A stretch of DNA of 64,000 nt. Source: Campylobacterales bacterium (lineage in GTDB: Bacteria; Campylobacterota; Campylobacteria; Campylobacterales; QNZT01). The stretch lies in NCBI GenBank assembly GCA_027068765.1, contig JAMOMC010000172.1:5123-69122 (forward strand), given 5' to 3'. The position numbers and the translations under genes were made by a program. The notes under the pieces were generated by a model. The model was not told the origin of the DNA, made no database searches, and worked only from the letters and a program-made list of their open reading frames with translations. Below, in pieces: positions 27,439-37,554 of the stretch. Positions within the stretch are counted from its first letter, which is position 1, and each line of letters starts with the position of its first letter.

Positions 27439-28254
27439 CTATTTTAACCTTTTATCCATATTTATAATTATCTCTTTAAGCTCTCTAACTTCAACTTGAA
27501 GTTTTTCAATGTCATTTAACTTTTTTTCTTGTTTCTCATCATCTTTTATAGTAAATATCGCATCTACTATAATACCTATAAAAAGGTTTATCATTACAAA
27601 AGTAACAACCAAGATATAGATAACAAAAAATATCCAAGCAAGAGGAAAAACTTCCATAACAGGACGAACAATCCCCATAGACCAACTCTCTAATGTCATG
27701 ATTTGAAAAAGTGTATACATCGACTCACCAAGAGTTCCAAACCACTGAGGAAAAGCATCTCCAAATATATCTGTTGCCATGATAGAAAATACATAGAAAA
27801 ATAGTAAAAGCATGATAGATATAGAGAAAATTCCAGGAATTGCCCCTAAAAGTGCAGATACAATAGTTCGCATCTGCGGAATAATAGTAAGCAGTCTAAA
27901 TAGCCTTAAAACTCTTAAAGTTCTAAGTATAGCCCACTGTTCACCTGCTGGAACTAGGGAAATCGCCACTACAAAAAAATCAAATAGACTCCAAGGGTCT
28001 TTAAAAAAACTAACTCTATGAACATATATTCGCAAAATTATCTCAATAGTAAAAATAGCAATAATACTCTTATCTAAAAAATTTATAATACTTCCATAGT
28101 CAGCCATTATGGGTTTTGAAGTTGCAATACCTAATATAATTCCGTTAAATATAATTAAGCTAGTTATAAAGTATCTAAACTTTTTTGACTCTATAAATAT
28201 CTCTATAATTTTATACAATTTTAAATCCTTTTGAAAAAAAGGATATTTTAGCAC
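27439..28254 (-). CDS. Bacterial voltage-gated sodium channel (NavAb/NaChBac family)
   Basis: S4 '[20 protein letters not shown]', selectivity filter '[16 protein letters not shown]', 6-TM layout and a C-terminal coiled coil. By recall it closely resembles the A. butzleri NavAb sequence. Confidence 0.9.
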   Translation of the reverse strand: MLKYPFFQKDLKLYKIIEIFIESKKFRYFITSLIIFNGIILGIATSKPIMADYGSIINFLDKSIIAIFTIEIILRIYVHRVSFFKDPWSLFDFFVVAISLVPAGEQWAILRTLRVLRLFRLLTIIPQMRTIVSALLGAIPGIFSISIMLLLFFYVFSIMATDIFGDAFPQWFGTLGESMYTLFQIMTLESWSMGIVRPVMEVFPLAWIFFVIYILVVTFVMINLFIGIIVDAIFTIKDDEKQEKKLNDIEKLQVEVRELKEIIINMDKRLK

Positions 28255-28343
28255 AGAAACCTGAGTTCACATACTTAGAAGTACCAAAAAAATTATATAA
28301 GCCATGGAGATAAAAAAAGATACAATACAACAAAGGAGTCTTT

Positions 28344-28787
28344 ATGGAAGCACTTTACCCATATGCACAGATAATACATTTGATTTTAGCCATAATTTTT
28401 TTAGGTTATGTTTTTACAGATTTAGCGGTTATTTCAGCACTTAAAAATAGATTTGATAAAGATACTCAAAAAAAAATAACCCAAATATTAGGAGCTAGAA
28501 GTTTTAAAATATTTCCCATAACACTTTTGTTTCTAGTTTTAACAGGTGGGATGATGATGTCTAGGTTTATGAATTTGGATGTAGGTTTTTTTGAGAGTGA
28601 TTTGCAAAAAATGTTACTTTTTAAAATTCTTTTGGTTTTTATTATTGTTGCAGGTGTTTTAAGCAACCTATTTAAAAAATTTACTAAAAGAGAAAAAAGT
28701 AAGTTTATGAAAGATGATTTTCATAAATTAGTTATTGTTTTAGGGGTTTTTATTGTTGTTTTTGCAAAGTTGATGTTTTTTGTATAA
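28344..28787 (+). CDS. Small 4-TM membrane protein, unknown function
   Basis: Four hydrophobic segments. GGAG RBS 6 nt upstream of the start. Confidence 0.5.
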   Translation: MEALYPYAQIIHLILAIIFLGYVFTDLAVISALKNRFDKDTQKKITQILGARSFKIFPITLLFLVLTGGMMMSRFMNLDVGFFESDLQKMLLFKILLVFIIVAGVLSNLFKKFTKREKSKFMKDDFHKLVIVLGVFIVVFAKLMFFV

Positions 28788-28824
28788 AGTTGTAACCAAA
28801 ATGTAATCAAACTAAGATATTATC
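28781..28824 (+). promoter_or_regulatory. Candidate Pho box plus -10 element upstream of pstC
   Basis: Direct repeats 'TGTATAAAGT / TGTAACCAAAA / TGTAATCAAAC' at 10-11 bp phasing, followed by 'TATTAT' (28818-28823). Confidence 0.4.
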
Positions 28825-28852
28825 CTCTTTAATTTATAAATTAAGGCAAAAC

Positions 28853-29704
28853 ATGGGTGCAAAAAGTTTTAGAAATTTCTCATTTTTATCTGCAACAATT
28901 TCATTTTTCATTCTTTTAGGTATTTTTATCGTTTTAATTAGTTACTCAAAAGACTCTATAGAAGCTTTTGGACTTGGTTTTATATTTGATAATGCTTGGG
29001 AAGTAGGGGAGGATGATGAAGGTGGTATATTTGGAGGATTAGTTCCTATAGTTGGGACTTTGTATGCAACTTTGATTGCGATGGTGCTTGCTGTTCCTAT
29101 CGCTATGGGTATTGCTATCTTTTTAACTGAAGTTGCTCCTGCTTTTTTGGTTAAGCCTGTCTCTATTAGTATTGAGCTTTTAGCGGCAATTCCTAGTATT
29201 ATTTATGGTATGTGGGGGCTTTTTTATCTAGCTCCTATTGTGCAGAGTTTTTTTGGTGGTAGTGGAATTGGTCTTTTGACTGCGGGTTTGGTTTTGGCGG
29301 TTATGATTGTGCCTTTTATGGCAGCAATTAGTAAAGATGCCATGAACACCACACCTGATGTTTTAAAAGAGAGTGCTTATGCTATGGGGGCTACAAAGTT
29401 TGAAGTTGTAAAAGATGTTGTTATGCCTTATTCAAAGGCTGGTATTATTGGCTCTATTATCTTGGCACTTGGTAGAGCTTTAGGAGAGACTATGGCAGTT
29501 GCATTTTTGATAGGTTCAGTTATGCAAATTCCATCATCTATAACAGATGCGACCACTTCTATTCCTGTTGTATTAGCAAACAACTTTGCAGAGGCGGATG
29601 ATTTGGAACTCTCATCGATGTTCTATCTTGCTCTTATCTTATTTGTAGTTAGTTTTATTATTATCTCAGCTGCTAAATTTTACTTTTTAGGAAAGAAAAG
29701 ATGA
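28853..29704 (+). CDS. pstC: Phosphate ABC transporter permease PstC
   Basis: 6-TM BPD permease with 'LGRALGETMAV' EAA-type loop. First gene of the pstCAB order. Confidence 0.9.
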   Translation: MGAKSFRNFSFLSATISFFILLGIFIVLISYSKDSIEAFGLGFIFDNAWEVGEDDEGGIFGGLVPIVGTLYATLIAMVLAVPIAMGIAIFLTEVAPAFLVKPVSISIELLAAIPSIIYGMWGLFYLAPIVQSFFGGSGIGLLTAGLVLAVMIVPFMAAISKDAMNTTPDVLKESAYAMGATKFEVVKDVVMPYSKAGIIGSIILALGRALGETMAVAFLIGSVMQIPSSITDATTSIPVVLANNFAEADDLELSSMFYLALILFVVSFIIISAAKFYFLGKKR

Positions 29705-30510
29705 ATAGACTCTTTTTAAATAAAATAGTTTTAGCCCTCTCAACTCTCTCGGCGATTATTGGGATAGGGTTTTTGTTTTGGATATTGGCAACTTTGAGTA
29801 TCAAAGGAGTCTCTGCACTGAGTTTTGATATTTTTCTAAATGATCTTGTAAATGGAGGAATTAGAAACCTTTTAGTTGGTCAATTTACAATGGCTTTTAT
29901 AGCAACTATAGTTGGTGTACCAATTGGAATGATGGCTGGAATATACTTAAGAGAGTATGGAAATAACAGTACATTCGCTATGATAATTAGAAATTTAAGT
30001 GATATCATGATGAGTGCACCTTCTATTGTAATTGGTGTATTTGTCTATGCAATTATCGTAAGTCCTATGAATGGTTATAGTGGTTTTGCAGGAGCAGCAG
30101 CACTCTCGATTATGATGATACCAATTGTTATCTCTACTACAGACAACATGCTCTCACTTGTTCCAAAAGAGCTAAGAGAAGCAGGAATTGCACTTGGTGG
30201 AAGTAAACATAAAATCATTTTACAGATAGTTTTAAAAGCAGCAAAAATTGGTATTACAACAGGAATTTTATTAGCATTTGCTAGAATTATTGGAGAGACT
30301 GCACCACTTTTGTTTACCTCTGCAAATAGTGCTTATTTTACAATGGATTTAAGTGAACAGTTCCCATCACTTACAGTTAGTATCTACAATCTTGCAAACT
30401 ACCCAGATAGTGAGAGTAGAGATTTAGCATGGGCTGCTTCATTTGTATTAACAATGATAGTGCTTTTTATAAATTTATTGGGTAGATATTTTACAAGAGA
30501 TAAAGGATAA
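29701..30510 (+). CDS. pstA: Phosphate ABC transporter permease PstA
   Basis: '[14 protein letters not shown]' motif. 4-bp overlap with pstC. Confidence 0.9.
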   Translation: MNRLFLNKIVLALSTLSAIIGIGFLFWILATLSIKGVSALSFDIFLNDLVNGGIRNLLVGQFTMAFIATIVGVPIGMMAGIYLREYGNNSTFAMIIRNLSDIMMSAPSIVIGVFVYAIIVSPMNGYSGFAGAAALSIMMIPIVISTTDNMLSLVPKELREAGIALGGSKHKIILQIVLKAAKIGITTGILLAFARIIGETAPLLFTSANSAYFTMDLSEQFPSLTVSIYNLANYPDSESRDLAWAASFVLTMIVLFINLLGRYFTRDKG

Positions 30511-30515
30511 AAAAT

Positions 30516-31307
30516 ATGGCTAAACAGATTATTTTGGATATTAAAAATTTCTCTTTTACATATGCAAGTTCACAAAAACCTGCACTTAAAGAGGTTAACT
30601 TACCAATCTATACAAATAAAATAACGGCGATGATAGGGCCTAGTGGTTGTGGTAAATCAACACTTTTAAGATCTTTAAACAGAATCCATGATCTATACCC
30701 TGGAAACACTTATCAAGGAGAGGTAAATCTTTTAAATAGTAAAACAGATAAATATGAAGATATTTTAAAATTAAAAAAAGAGAATGACCTTATCAAGCTT
30801 CGTCAAAGAGTTGGTATGATATTTCAAAAGCCTACTCCATTTCCTATGAGTATTTTTGATAATGTAGCTTATGGGTTAAAACTCCAAGGCATAAAAGATA
30901 AAACTATAATTGAAGAGAAAGTTGTAAATGCTTTAAAAGGTTCAGCCATTTGGGATGAAGCAAAAGATAGATTAAAAGAGAGTGCAATGGGGCTTAGTGG
31001 AGGGCAGCAACAAAGACTCTGTATAGCTCGTGCGGTTGCACTTGTTCCTGAAATATTACTTCTAGATGAGCCTACATCTGCATTAGATCCTATCTCAACT
31101 GGAGCTATTGAGGAGCTTGTGAGTGAGCTTAAAAAAGATATATCTATAGTTATAGTAACTCACAACATGCAACAAGCTAGCCGTCTTAGTGATTATACAG
31201 CTTTTATGTACTTAGGAGAGATGTTAGAGTACAATAAGACAGATAAGATTTTTTTAAATCCAAAAGAGAAATTAACTGAAGATTATGTAACAGGAAGGTT
31301 TGGGTGA
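30516..31307 (+). CDS. pstB: Phosphate ABC transporter ATP-binding protein PstB
   Basis: 'GPSGCGKST', '[14 protein letters not shown]', '[12 protein letters not shown]' and 'VTHNMQQA'. Confidence 0.95.
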   Translation: MAKQIILDIKNFSFTYASSQKPALKEVNLPIYTNKITAMIGPSGCGKSTLLRSLNRIHDLYPGNTYQGEVNLLNSKTDKYEDILKLKKENDLIKLRQRVGMIFQKPTPFPMSIFDNVAYGLKLQGIKDKTIIEEKVVNALKGSAIWDEAKDRLKESAMGLSGGQQQRLCIARAVALVPEILLLDEPTSALDPISTGAIEELVSELKKDISIVIVTHNMQQASRLSDYTAFMYLGEMLEYNKTDKIFLNPKEKLTEDYVTGRFG

Positions 31308-31972
31308 TGTTAGGAAACTATAAAAAGATATTAGAAAAATCAAGAGCAAGAGTACAAGAACTTGCTCTTGATGTATTAAAAGCTAGTGAAGATGTCTTTG
31401 AAGCATTTAAAAATGGAGATATTGAAAAAGCAAATGCAGCAAAAGAGCTGTTAAAAGATACTCACAATAGAAACAATAAAATTGACAATGAAATTATCAA
31501 AACTTTAGCACTTTTTTCTCCTGAAGCTAAAGATTTAAGAGTTGTTATAGCTTATCTTAAAATCACAAGCGAGTTAACAAGAATCGCTGACTATATAAGA
31601 AGTTATGCAAAAAGTTATAAGATGCAAGTTAGTGGTGAGTTTGATTTGGATGATTTGAAACAAGATACAATTTCTTTTCAACAAAGTACACTAAAATCAC
31701 TAAAAGCGGCAGTAGAATCTATAAAAGTAGAGTCTGTTGATGCTTTAGAAACTCTTTATAGAAAAGTAAATGTTGAAGAGAGTAAATGTGATGATATTTT
31801 AAGCATTTTAGAGAAAAATACACTTGGGCAAATCTGTATAAATCCTGAAAATGCAGGAGATTATGTGATGTTTTTGCAAAGTATGAGAAAACTAGAGAGA
31901 GTCTCTGATAGAAGTGTAACTATCGTAAAACTAGCCTATTTTGCCCAAAAAGGTGGAAAGTTAAAATTGTGA
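31304..31972 (+). CDS. phoU: Phosphate signalling complex protein PhoU
   Basis: Two-repeat helical protein ('ELTRIADY' and 'LERVSDRS'). Position after pstB. Confidence 0.85.
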   Translation: MMLGNYKKILEKSRARVQELALDVLKASEDVFEAFKNGDIEKANAAKELLKDTHNRNNKIDNEIIKTLALFSPEAKDLRVVIAYLKITSELTRIADYIRSYAKSYKMQVSGEFDLDDLKQDTISFQQSTLKSLKAAVESIKVESVDALETLYRKVNVEESKCDDILSILEKNTLGQICINPENAGDYVMFLQSMRKLERVSDRSVTIVKLAYFAQKGGKLKL

Positions 31973-32643
31973 TTAATTCTCATATTGTAGTTATCGAAGA
32001 TGAAGAGGATTTGTTGGAGCTTTTAGAGTACCGTTTACAAAAAGAAGGTTATGATGTTACTGGGTTTTTATCGGTCAAAAAAGTTGAAGAGTTTCTTTTG
32101 GAAGAGGATGTAAATTTACTTATTGTTGATAGAAATCTTCCTGGTGTTGAGGGAAGTTTGTTTGTAAAGAAATTACGAGATATGGGATATAAAATACCTG
32201 TAATTTTTGTAAGTGCAAAAGATAATGATTTAGATATAGAGGAGGGATTTTTAAGAGGTGGGGATGACTATATAACAAAACCTTACAATATGAATGAGCT
32301 TGTGCTTCGTGTTAAATCTCTGCTTCGTCGTACAAATATAGAAGATGCTGGAAAACTAATTTATAAAGATATCATTTTAGATTTAGATGAGAGAGTAACT
32401 TATGTAGATGGTGAAAAAATAGAGCTTTCTAAGTTGGAGTTTGAGCTTTTATCTTATTTTATACAAAATAAAAATATCGTCTTAAATAGAAATGAACTAC
32501 TTCAAGATGTTTGGCTGGATGAAGATTGTAAGCAAGAAAAAACTGTAAATGTCACGATAAATAGACTTAAAAATAAGATAGATCCTCATAAAAGAAAAGA
32601 GTATATTCAGCCAATTAGAGGGATCGGATATAAATTTTGTTGA
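31969..32643 (+). CDS. OmpR/PhoB-family response regulator
   Basis: REC 'IVVIEDEEDL...LLIVDRNLPGVEG'. Winged helix 'LSKLEFELLSYF...RGIGYKF'. GTG start. Confidence 0.8.
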   Translation: MINSHIVVIEDEEDLLELLEYRLQKEGYDVTGFLSVKKVEEFLLEEDVNLLIVDRNLPGVEGSLFVKKLRDMGYKIPVIFVSAKDNDLDIEEGFLRGGDDYITKPYNMNELVLRVKSLLRRTNIEDAGKLIYKDIILDLDERVTYVDGEKIELSKLEFELLSYFIQNKNIVLNRNELLQDVWLDEDCKQEKTVNVTINRLKNKIDPHKRKEYIQPIRGIGYKFC

Positions 32644-34019
32644 AACTTGACCAATTATATTTTCGCTCTTTTCTTATTTTGTTTATAATTACAGTTTTGT
32701 TAACTTCAACTATCGGTTATATCGTTCTTAAAAATAGTGAGACAAATAGCCATAAAACCATGCTTTTATCGATGATATACCAATTTTCTATTTTAGAAGA
32801 TAGACAAAAATCTAAAGATGAGGCTGTAAAAGAGATTTATGAAAAAACATTAGTGAGAGTAACAATTATCAATCCAAAAGGAGAGGTAATATCTGAAAGT
32901 AGTAGAGATATAAAAGGGATGGATAATCATTTGAATAGAGAAGAGATACAAATGGCTATCTCTAATGATGTTGGGTTTAGTGTTAGATACTCTAAAAGTG
33001 TTGATAAAGATTATCTATATGTTGCAAAAAAGTTTCCGTATGGCTTTATCCGTATGGCTTATGCCCTTGACACTATTAAAGCTAAATTTTTTGATTTTTG
33101 GATAAAGAGTATTGCATTTATCTCTCTTATTTTACTGTTTGCATTTTGGATTGCGCTTAGAATAAATGAAAAAATAGCTCTTGATCTAAGTGCTATAAAA
33201 AATAGCTTAGATAATTTACTGAATAAAAAATATGAGAGTTTGCCAAATACTCCAAAATGTTGTAGAGAGTTTGAGACTATATCAAAGCAGATTGATAAAG
33301 TAGCTTTGAAGTTGCAAAAAAGAGATAGCCAAAAAAATAAAATTACAAAAAATCTAAAACTACACACTAAAAAACAAGCAGATATTATATCTGCAATCTC
33401 TCATGAGTTTAAAAATCCAGTCGCAGCTATAATGGGGTATGCTCAAAGTGTGAGAGAAGATGCTGATTTAAATTTAGAAATTCGAAATAGATTTTTAGAC
33501 AAAGTTATTAAAAATGGAGAAAAAATCTCTTTTATGATAGATAGACTCTCAATGGCTGTAAGGTTAGAGAGTGATGTTTTTGTACCAAATCTTACTACAT
33601 TTAAGATATCTTCTTTGCTTATGGAGGTTAAAGATACACTTTTGCAAAAGTATAAAGATAGAGAGATTATCTTAGAAATTGAAGATATAACAATCAAAGC
33701 AGATAGGTCAATGTTTGATAATCTTCTTTTAAATCTTGTAGACAATGCTTTAAAATATTCAGAAGATGCAGTAATAATTAGAGTAAAAGATGCAAAGTTA
33801 GAGGTGATAGACAAAGGTATAGGTATAAGTGAAGAGAATATAAAAAATATCACCAAACGATTTTTTAGAGTTGATAATCTATCGTGGGATAACTCAATGG
33901 GTGTTGGGCTTTATATCGTTAAATATATACTAAAACTTCATAACATAACTCTTGCAATAGATAGTAATCCTTTAAAAGGTTCAAAATTTTGGTTCACTTT
34001 GAAAAATCTTATTAAATAA
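32637..34019 (+). CDS. PhoR-like sensor histidine kinase
   Basis: Two TM helices, H-box 'ISHEFKNPVAAI', 'DNALKYS', 'DKGIGI' and 'GVGLYIV'. Confidence 0.75.
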   Translation: MLKLDQLYFRSFLILFIITVLLTSTIGYIVLKNSETNSHKTMLLSMIYQFSILEDRQKSKDEAVKEIYEKTLVRVTIINPKGEVISESSRDIKGMDNHLNREEIQMAISNDVGFSVRYSKSVDKDYLYVAKKFPYGFIRMAYALDTIKAKFFDFWIKSIAFISLILLFAFWIALRINEKIALDLSAIKNSLDNLLNKKYESLPNTPKCCREFETISKQIDKVALKLQKRDSQKNKITKNLKLHTKKQADIISAISHEFKNPVAAIMGYAQSVREDADLNLEIRNRFLDKVIKNGEKISFMIDRLSMAVRLESDVFVPNLTTFKISSLLMEVKDTLLQKYKDREIILEIEDITIKADRSMFDNLLLNLVDNALKYSEDAVIIRVKDAKLEVIDKGIGISEENIKNITKRFFRVDNLSWDNSMGVGLYIVKYILKLHNITLAIDSNPLKGSKFWFTLKNLIK

Positions 34020-34080
34020 AAATTTATTTTAGTCGATACTTGTCGTAAGATATAAAAAATAAACTATTGGAGATGTAAAG

Positions 34081-35169
34081 ATGTTTGGACTAAAAAAGAC
34101 AATACTTTTAGATGAGTACATAAAAGAGATAGAAACTTTAAAAGATGAAAATTCTAAGTTAAAAGATACAATTTATCAACTTCAAAATAGTGTAAATTCA
34201 AATAACATAGATGATAAAGAGAGTGAAGATAATAAAAATGAGAGTGAACTGCTCTCTATATTACTTCATAGTTATGAAGATGGTATAACTTTTTTAAAAA
34301 ATGGAGCAGGTGAAAGCTTAGTAATGCTAAAAGATGTAAATAGCTTAAACACTCAAACAGTTGAGATGGTTTCAAAATCAAAAGATGAAACAGGAGATGT
34401 AATATCATCAGTTGAGAGTATTCAGCAGTATACACAGCAGTTAAAAGATAACTCTCATTCACTAAATGATAGTGTTATATCAATTTCACAGATTATTGAT
34501 TTGATTAAAGATATCTCAGATCAAACTAATTTATTGGCACTAAATGCTGCTATTGAGGCGGCAAGAGCGGGGGAACATGGTAGAGGATTTGCTGTAGTTG
34601 CTGATGAAGTTAGAAAGCTTGCTGAGAGAACACAAAAAGCAACTCAAGAAGTCGAGATAAATATCAGCGGTCTTAAACAAAATGCGAATAATATGATTGA
34701 GATTAGTGATACATTTGGTAATGAATCAGATTCTATTATGGGTATGCTAGATACATTTACAAATAATGTAGACCAAGTTGGTATAAATACTGAAAATATC
34801 ATGAATATGACAGAAAACATAACTAGAGAAGCTGCTATTAGTAATGGTAAAATAGAGCATATTCTTTTAAAATTAGGAGCATATCAAGCAATTTTAAATA
34901 ATAAAAATATTAATATAGATACTTATAGTGATTGTGGTTTTGGAAAATGGGTAAATGAAGCTGTTAAAGGATTTTTGAAAAATTGTAAAAATATTAAAGA
35001 GATTGATAAACATCATAAAAATGTACACGATGGTTTAGAAGATGCACTAAAAAGCCATTTTAAAGAGGATAATTTGAAAAAGAGTGTAGAGATATTAAGA
35101 GATGTTGAAAACTCTAGCAAAGTTGCATTTGATGATTTGATAGAGTCGGTAAAATTAGCACGAAATTAA
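34081..35169 (+). CDS. Soluble methyl-accepting chemotaxis protein with C-terminal CZB (zinc-binding) domain
   Basis: No TM segment. Signalling hairpin '[34 protein letters not shown]'. C-terminal 'CGFGKW...HHKNVHD' is a CZB-type Cys/His pattern. Confidence 0.8.
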   Translation: MFGLKKTILLDEYIKEIETLKDENSKLKDTIYQLQNSVNSNNIDDKESEDNKNESELLSILLHSYEDGITFLKNGAGESLVMLKDVNSLNTQTVEMVSKSKDETGDVISSVESIQQYTQQLKDNSHSLNDSVISISQIIDLIKDISDQTNLLALNAAIEAARAGEHGRGFAVVADEVRKLAERTQKATQEVEINISGLKQNANNMIEISDTFGNESDSIMGMLDTFTNNVDQVGINTENIMNMTENITREAAISNGKIEHILLKLGAYQAILNNKNINIDTYSDCGFGKWVNEAVKGFLKNCKNIKEIDKHHKNVHDGLEDALKSHFKEDNLKKSVEILRDVENSSKVAFDDLIESVKLARN

Positions 35170-35182
35170 AATAATTTTTATT

Positions 35183-35215
35183 AGATGAACTTGATAATTG
35201 TTATCAAGTTCATCT
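35183..35215. terminator. Perfect 15-bp stem / 3-nt loop hairpin after the MCP gene
   Basis: 'agatgaacttgataa-ttg-ttatcaagttcatct'. No U-tract follows, so it could instead be an operator for the downstream porin operon. Confidence 0.45.
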
Positions 35216-35290
35216 AAACTTAAGGTCTCTTTTGTTAAGGTTTGGTTTCGATAGTGAATATCAAAATTAAAACTTTCAAAGGAAGATGTT

Positions 35291-36559
35291 ATGAATAAAA
35301 AACTAGGAGTTACATTATCATCTATTTTGTTAACCTCTATACTAAATGCACAGACAGATATAGAGAAACTACAAAATGAGATTAATATACTCAAGAAACA
35401 ATCAGATGTATTAGCAGAAGAGCTACTAGATATATCAACTGGTTCATTTACAAAGATAGATGATTCAAAAGCACACAATGGTTTAGGTGCTGCTGCATCT
35501 AAGGTTTACTACACAAATTCACCACTATCAATTGGTGGTTATGGTGAGATGTATTGGGCAAAAGTTGACGGTGAGCGTTCATATGCAGACTTATATAGGT
35601 TTATTCCATATTTTGGTTATAAATTTTCTGATAATGTTATCTTAAATACAGAGATAGAGTTTGAACACGGAGGCTCTCAAAGTGTGAAACTTGATGGTAG
35701 TGATGAAAGTTCTGTAAGTGGGAAAATTCTTTTAGAGTTTATGTATCTTGATTTTTTAATAAGCAAATCAGTAAATATTCGAGTTGGAAATCTTTTAGTT
35801 CCTATGGGTATCACAAATCTAAGACATGAGCCTACTCTTTTTGCAACCGTACAAAGACCAGCAATTGAAAAACTACTAATCCCAAGCACTTGGCATGAAA
35901 ACGGTATACTTGTTTATGGAGATATATCTAATACTGGAATTGAATATACAACAGGTATCATCAATGCATTAAATATTAACAATACTAACACTGTTGATGG
36001 TAAAGAGAAATGGATAAGAACGGGTCGTTTAGGTTCTGCTTATAATGCACCATTTAATGCAGCATTTGTAGCAAGAGCTGACTATAGAGGCATAAATGGC
36101 TTGCTTGCGGGAGGTTCTGTATATGTAGGTGATGGTTCAAATCAAAAAAATGACATCAAAGGGACAACTATGAGTATATTTGAAGTCCATGCTGTATATA
36201 ACTATAGAGGTTTAAATATAAAAGGACTCTACACACAGTCAAATTTAAATGGAGGCGAGAAAATTTCTGCTAAAGCACCTAAAAAAGGTAGTGGATATTA
36301 TGTGAATACCTCTTATGATGTAGGTACTTTGATAGGTATTGATTTTAAGACATTAGTTTTTGCACAATATGAAAACTACAACACAAGAGAGAAACTAGTA
36401 GATGGAAGTAGCTATAAGGCTACAAATATAATCAACTTTGGTGCTAACTTTTTTCCAACTGACCAGACAGTCTTAAAAGCAGATTATCAGATAAAAGATG
36501 ATAAAAACGAGGATGATAAAGTAAACACTGCATCTTTGTCATTTGGATTTCTTTTTTAA
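35291..36559 (+). CDS. Outer-membrane porin (OprO/P-like)
   Basis: Signal peptide and an N-terminal coiled coil 'DIEKLQNEINILKKQ'. 'IRVGNLLVPMGITNLRHEPTLFATVQRP' resembles the porin O/P 'vGqfk.PfG.e......f.eR' block. C-terminal 'SFGFLF'. Confidence 0.65.
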   Translation: MNKKLGVTLSSILLTSILNAQTDIEKLQNEINILKKQSDVLAEELLDISTGSFTKIDDSKAHNGLGAAASKVYYTNSPLSIGGYGEMYWAKVDGERSYADLYRFIPYFGYKFSDNVILNTEIEFEHGGSQSVKLDGSDESSVSGKILLEFMYLDFLISKSVNIRVGNLLVPMGITNLRHEPTLFATVQRPAIEKLLIPSTWHENGILVYGDISNTGIEYTTGIINALNINNTNTVDGKEKWIRTGRLGSAYNAPFNAAFVARADYRGINGLLAGGSVYVGDGSNQKNDIKGTTMSIFEVHAVYNYRGLNIKGLYTQSNLNGGEKISAKAPKKGSGYYVNTSYDVGTLIGIDFKTLVFAQYENYNTREKLVDGSSYKATNIINFGANFFPTDQTVLKADYQIKDDKNEDDKVNTASLSFGFLF

Positions 36560-36568
36560 GGTATATTT

Positions 36569-37084
36569 ATGAAGTGGATATTTTTATTGATTTTAACTAT
36601 CTCGTCTATTTGGGCAAAATCTAATGTTGTAGATGTAGAGTCTATTATTAAAGAGAATTACACAAAAGATGTGAGCATAAAAAGAGATAAGATTATTCTT
36701 TCTAAAAAAGAGCTTGACTCTATCAAACAGATGGCAAAACTTCCTGTTAAATCTAAACTTTATAGATATTACAAAGTTGAGAGTGAAGGTACTGTTGTAG
36801 CTTATGCAATTTTAATTAGTCAAAAGGTGAGAACTAAAAAAGCTACAGTTTTATACTTTATTGAAAACCAAAAGGTGAAATTTATAGAAATTTTATCATT
36901 TTTGGAGCCAAAAGAGTATATTCCAAAAGATACTTGGATGAGTCAATTTGATGATAAGAATTTAACGGATGAATTTAAAATAGGTAGAGATATACCTACA
37001 ATTAGCGGTGCAACTATGAGTGCAAGAAGTTTAAGTGATGGAGCAAGGCTGGCAATTGCTCTTTATAGGATAAAATTAAAGTGA
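36569..37084 (+). CDS. Periplasmic FMN-binding domain protein with flavinylation motif
   Basis: Signal peptide. 'IPTISGATMSARS' matches the ApbE-type [S/T]GA[S/T] covalent FMN attachment motif. Confidence 0.7.
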   Translation: MKWIFLLILTISSIWAKSNVVDVESIIKENYTKDVSIKRDKIILSKKELDSIKQMAKLPVKSKLYRYYKVESEGTVVAYAILISQKVRTKKATVLYFIENQKVKFIEILSFLEPKEYIPKDTWMSQFDDKNLTDEFKIGRDIPTISGATMSARSLSDGARLAIALYRIKLK

Positions 37085-37554
37085 AATTTCTAACTACAAA
37101 AGAGTTAAATGAAAATCCATTTTTAAGATATTTAATAGCTGGATTACTAGCTTTTTTTGTACTATTTTTAATCTCAGATATTGCTCTTCATCATTTACAA
37201 ATTGGCTTAAGCTTTAAAGAAGCTTGCTCTTTGATTTTAGGAGATGAAGAGGAGTTTATAGAGCCTATACTTCTAGAGACTCTTCTTCTTATAGTTCATA
37301 TTGACCTCTTTTTCTCTATGCTTTTACTTCTTTGTCTTACAGCTATATCTATTAGAGTTTTTAAAAGAGGTAATCCAACATTTTTATTTTTAAATACTCT
37401 TTATATATTAGCTATTTTAGCTCCACTGCTTTTAATCTCTAGCTATTTTTTTGGTAAGTTTGTTGTAGTGAGTTGGGTAGTAGTATTTGTAATTTGGCAT
37501 ATTTTGGCTCTTTTTTTATCTTTAAAAACTCTTTATGCGATTTTTAGATTATGA
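37081..37554 (+). CDS. 4-TM membrane protein with conserved His (unknown)
   Basis: Hydrophobic helices; 'ALHHLQ', 'ETLLLIVHIDLFFSM' and 'VIWHIL'. 4-bp overlap with the upstream gene. Confidence 0.5.
   Translation: MKFLTTKELNENPFLRYLIAGLLAFFVLFLISDIALHHLQIGLSFKEACSLILGDEEEFIEPILLETLLLIVHIDLFFSMLLLLCLTAISIRVFKRGNPTFLFLNTLYILAILAPLLLISSYFFGKFVVVSWVVVFVIWHILALFLSLKTLYAIFRL

Noticed and set aside
28255-28343. Short ORF starting at 'ATGGAGATAAAA' that overlaps the start of the 147-aa membrane protein gene in another frame.
   Set aside because: It has no RBS, it overlaps a better-supported gene that has a GGAG RBS, and its translation has no recognisable features.
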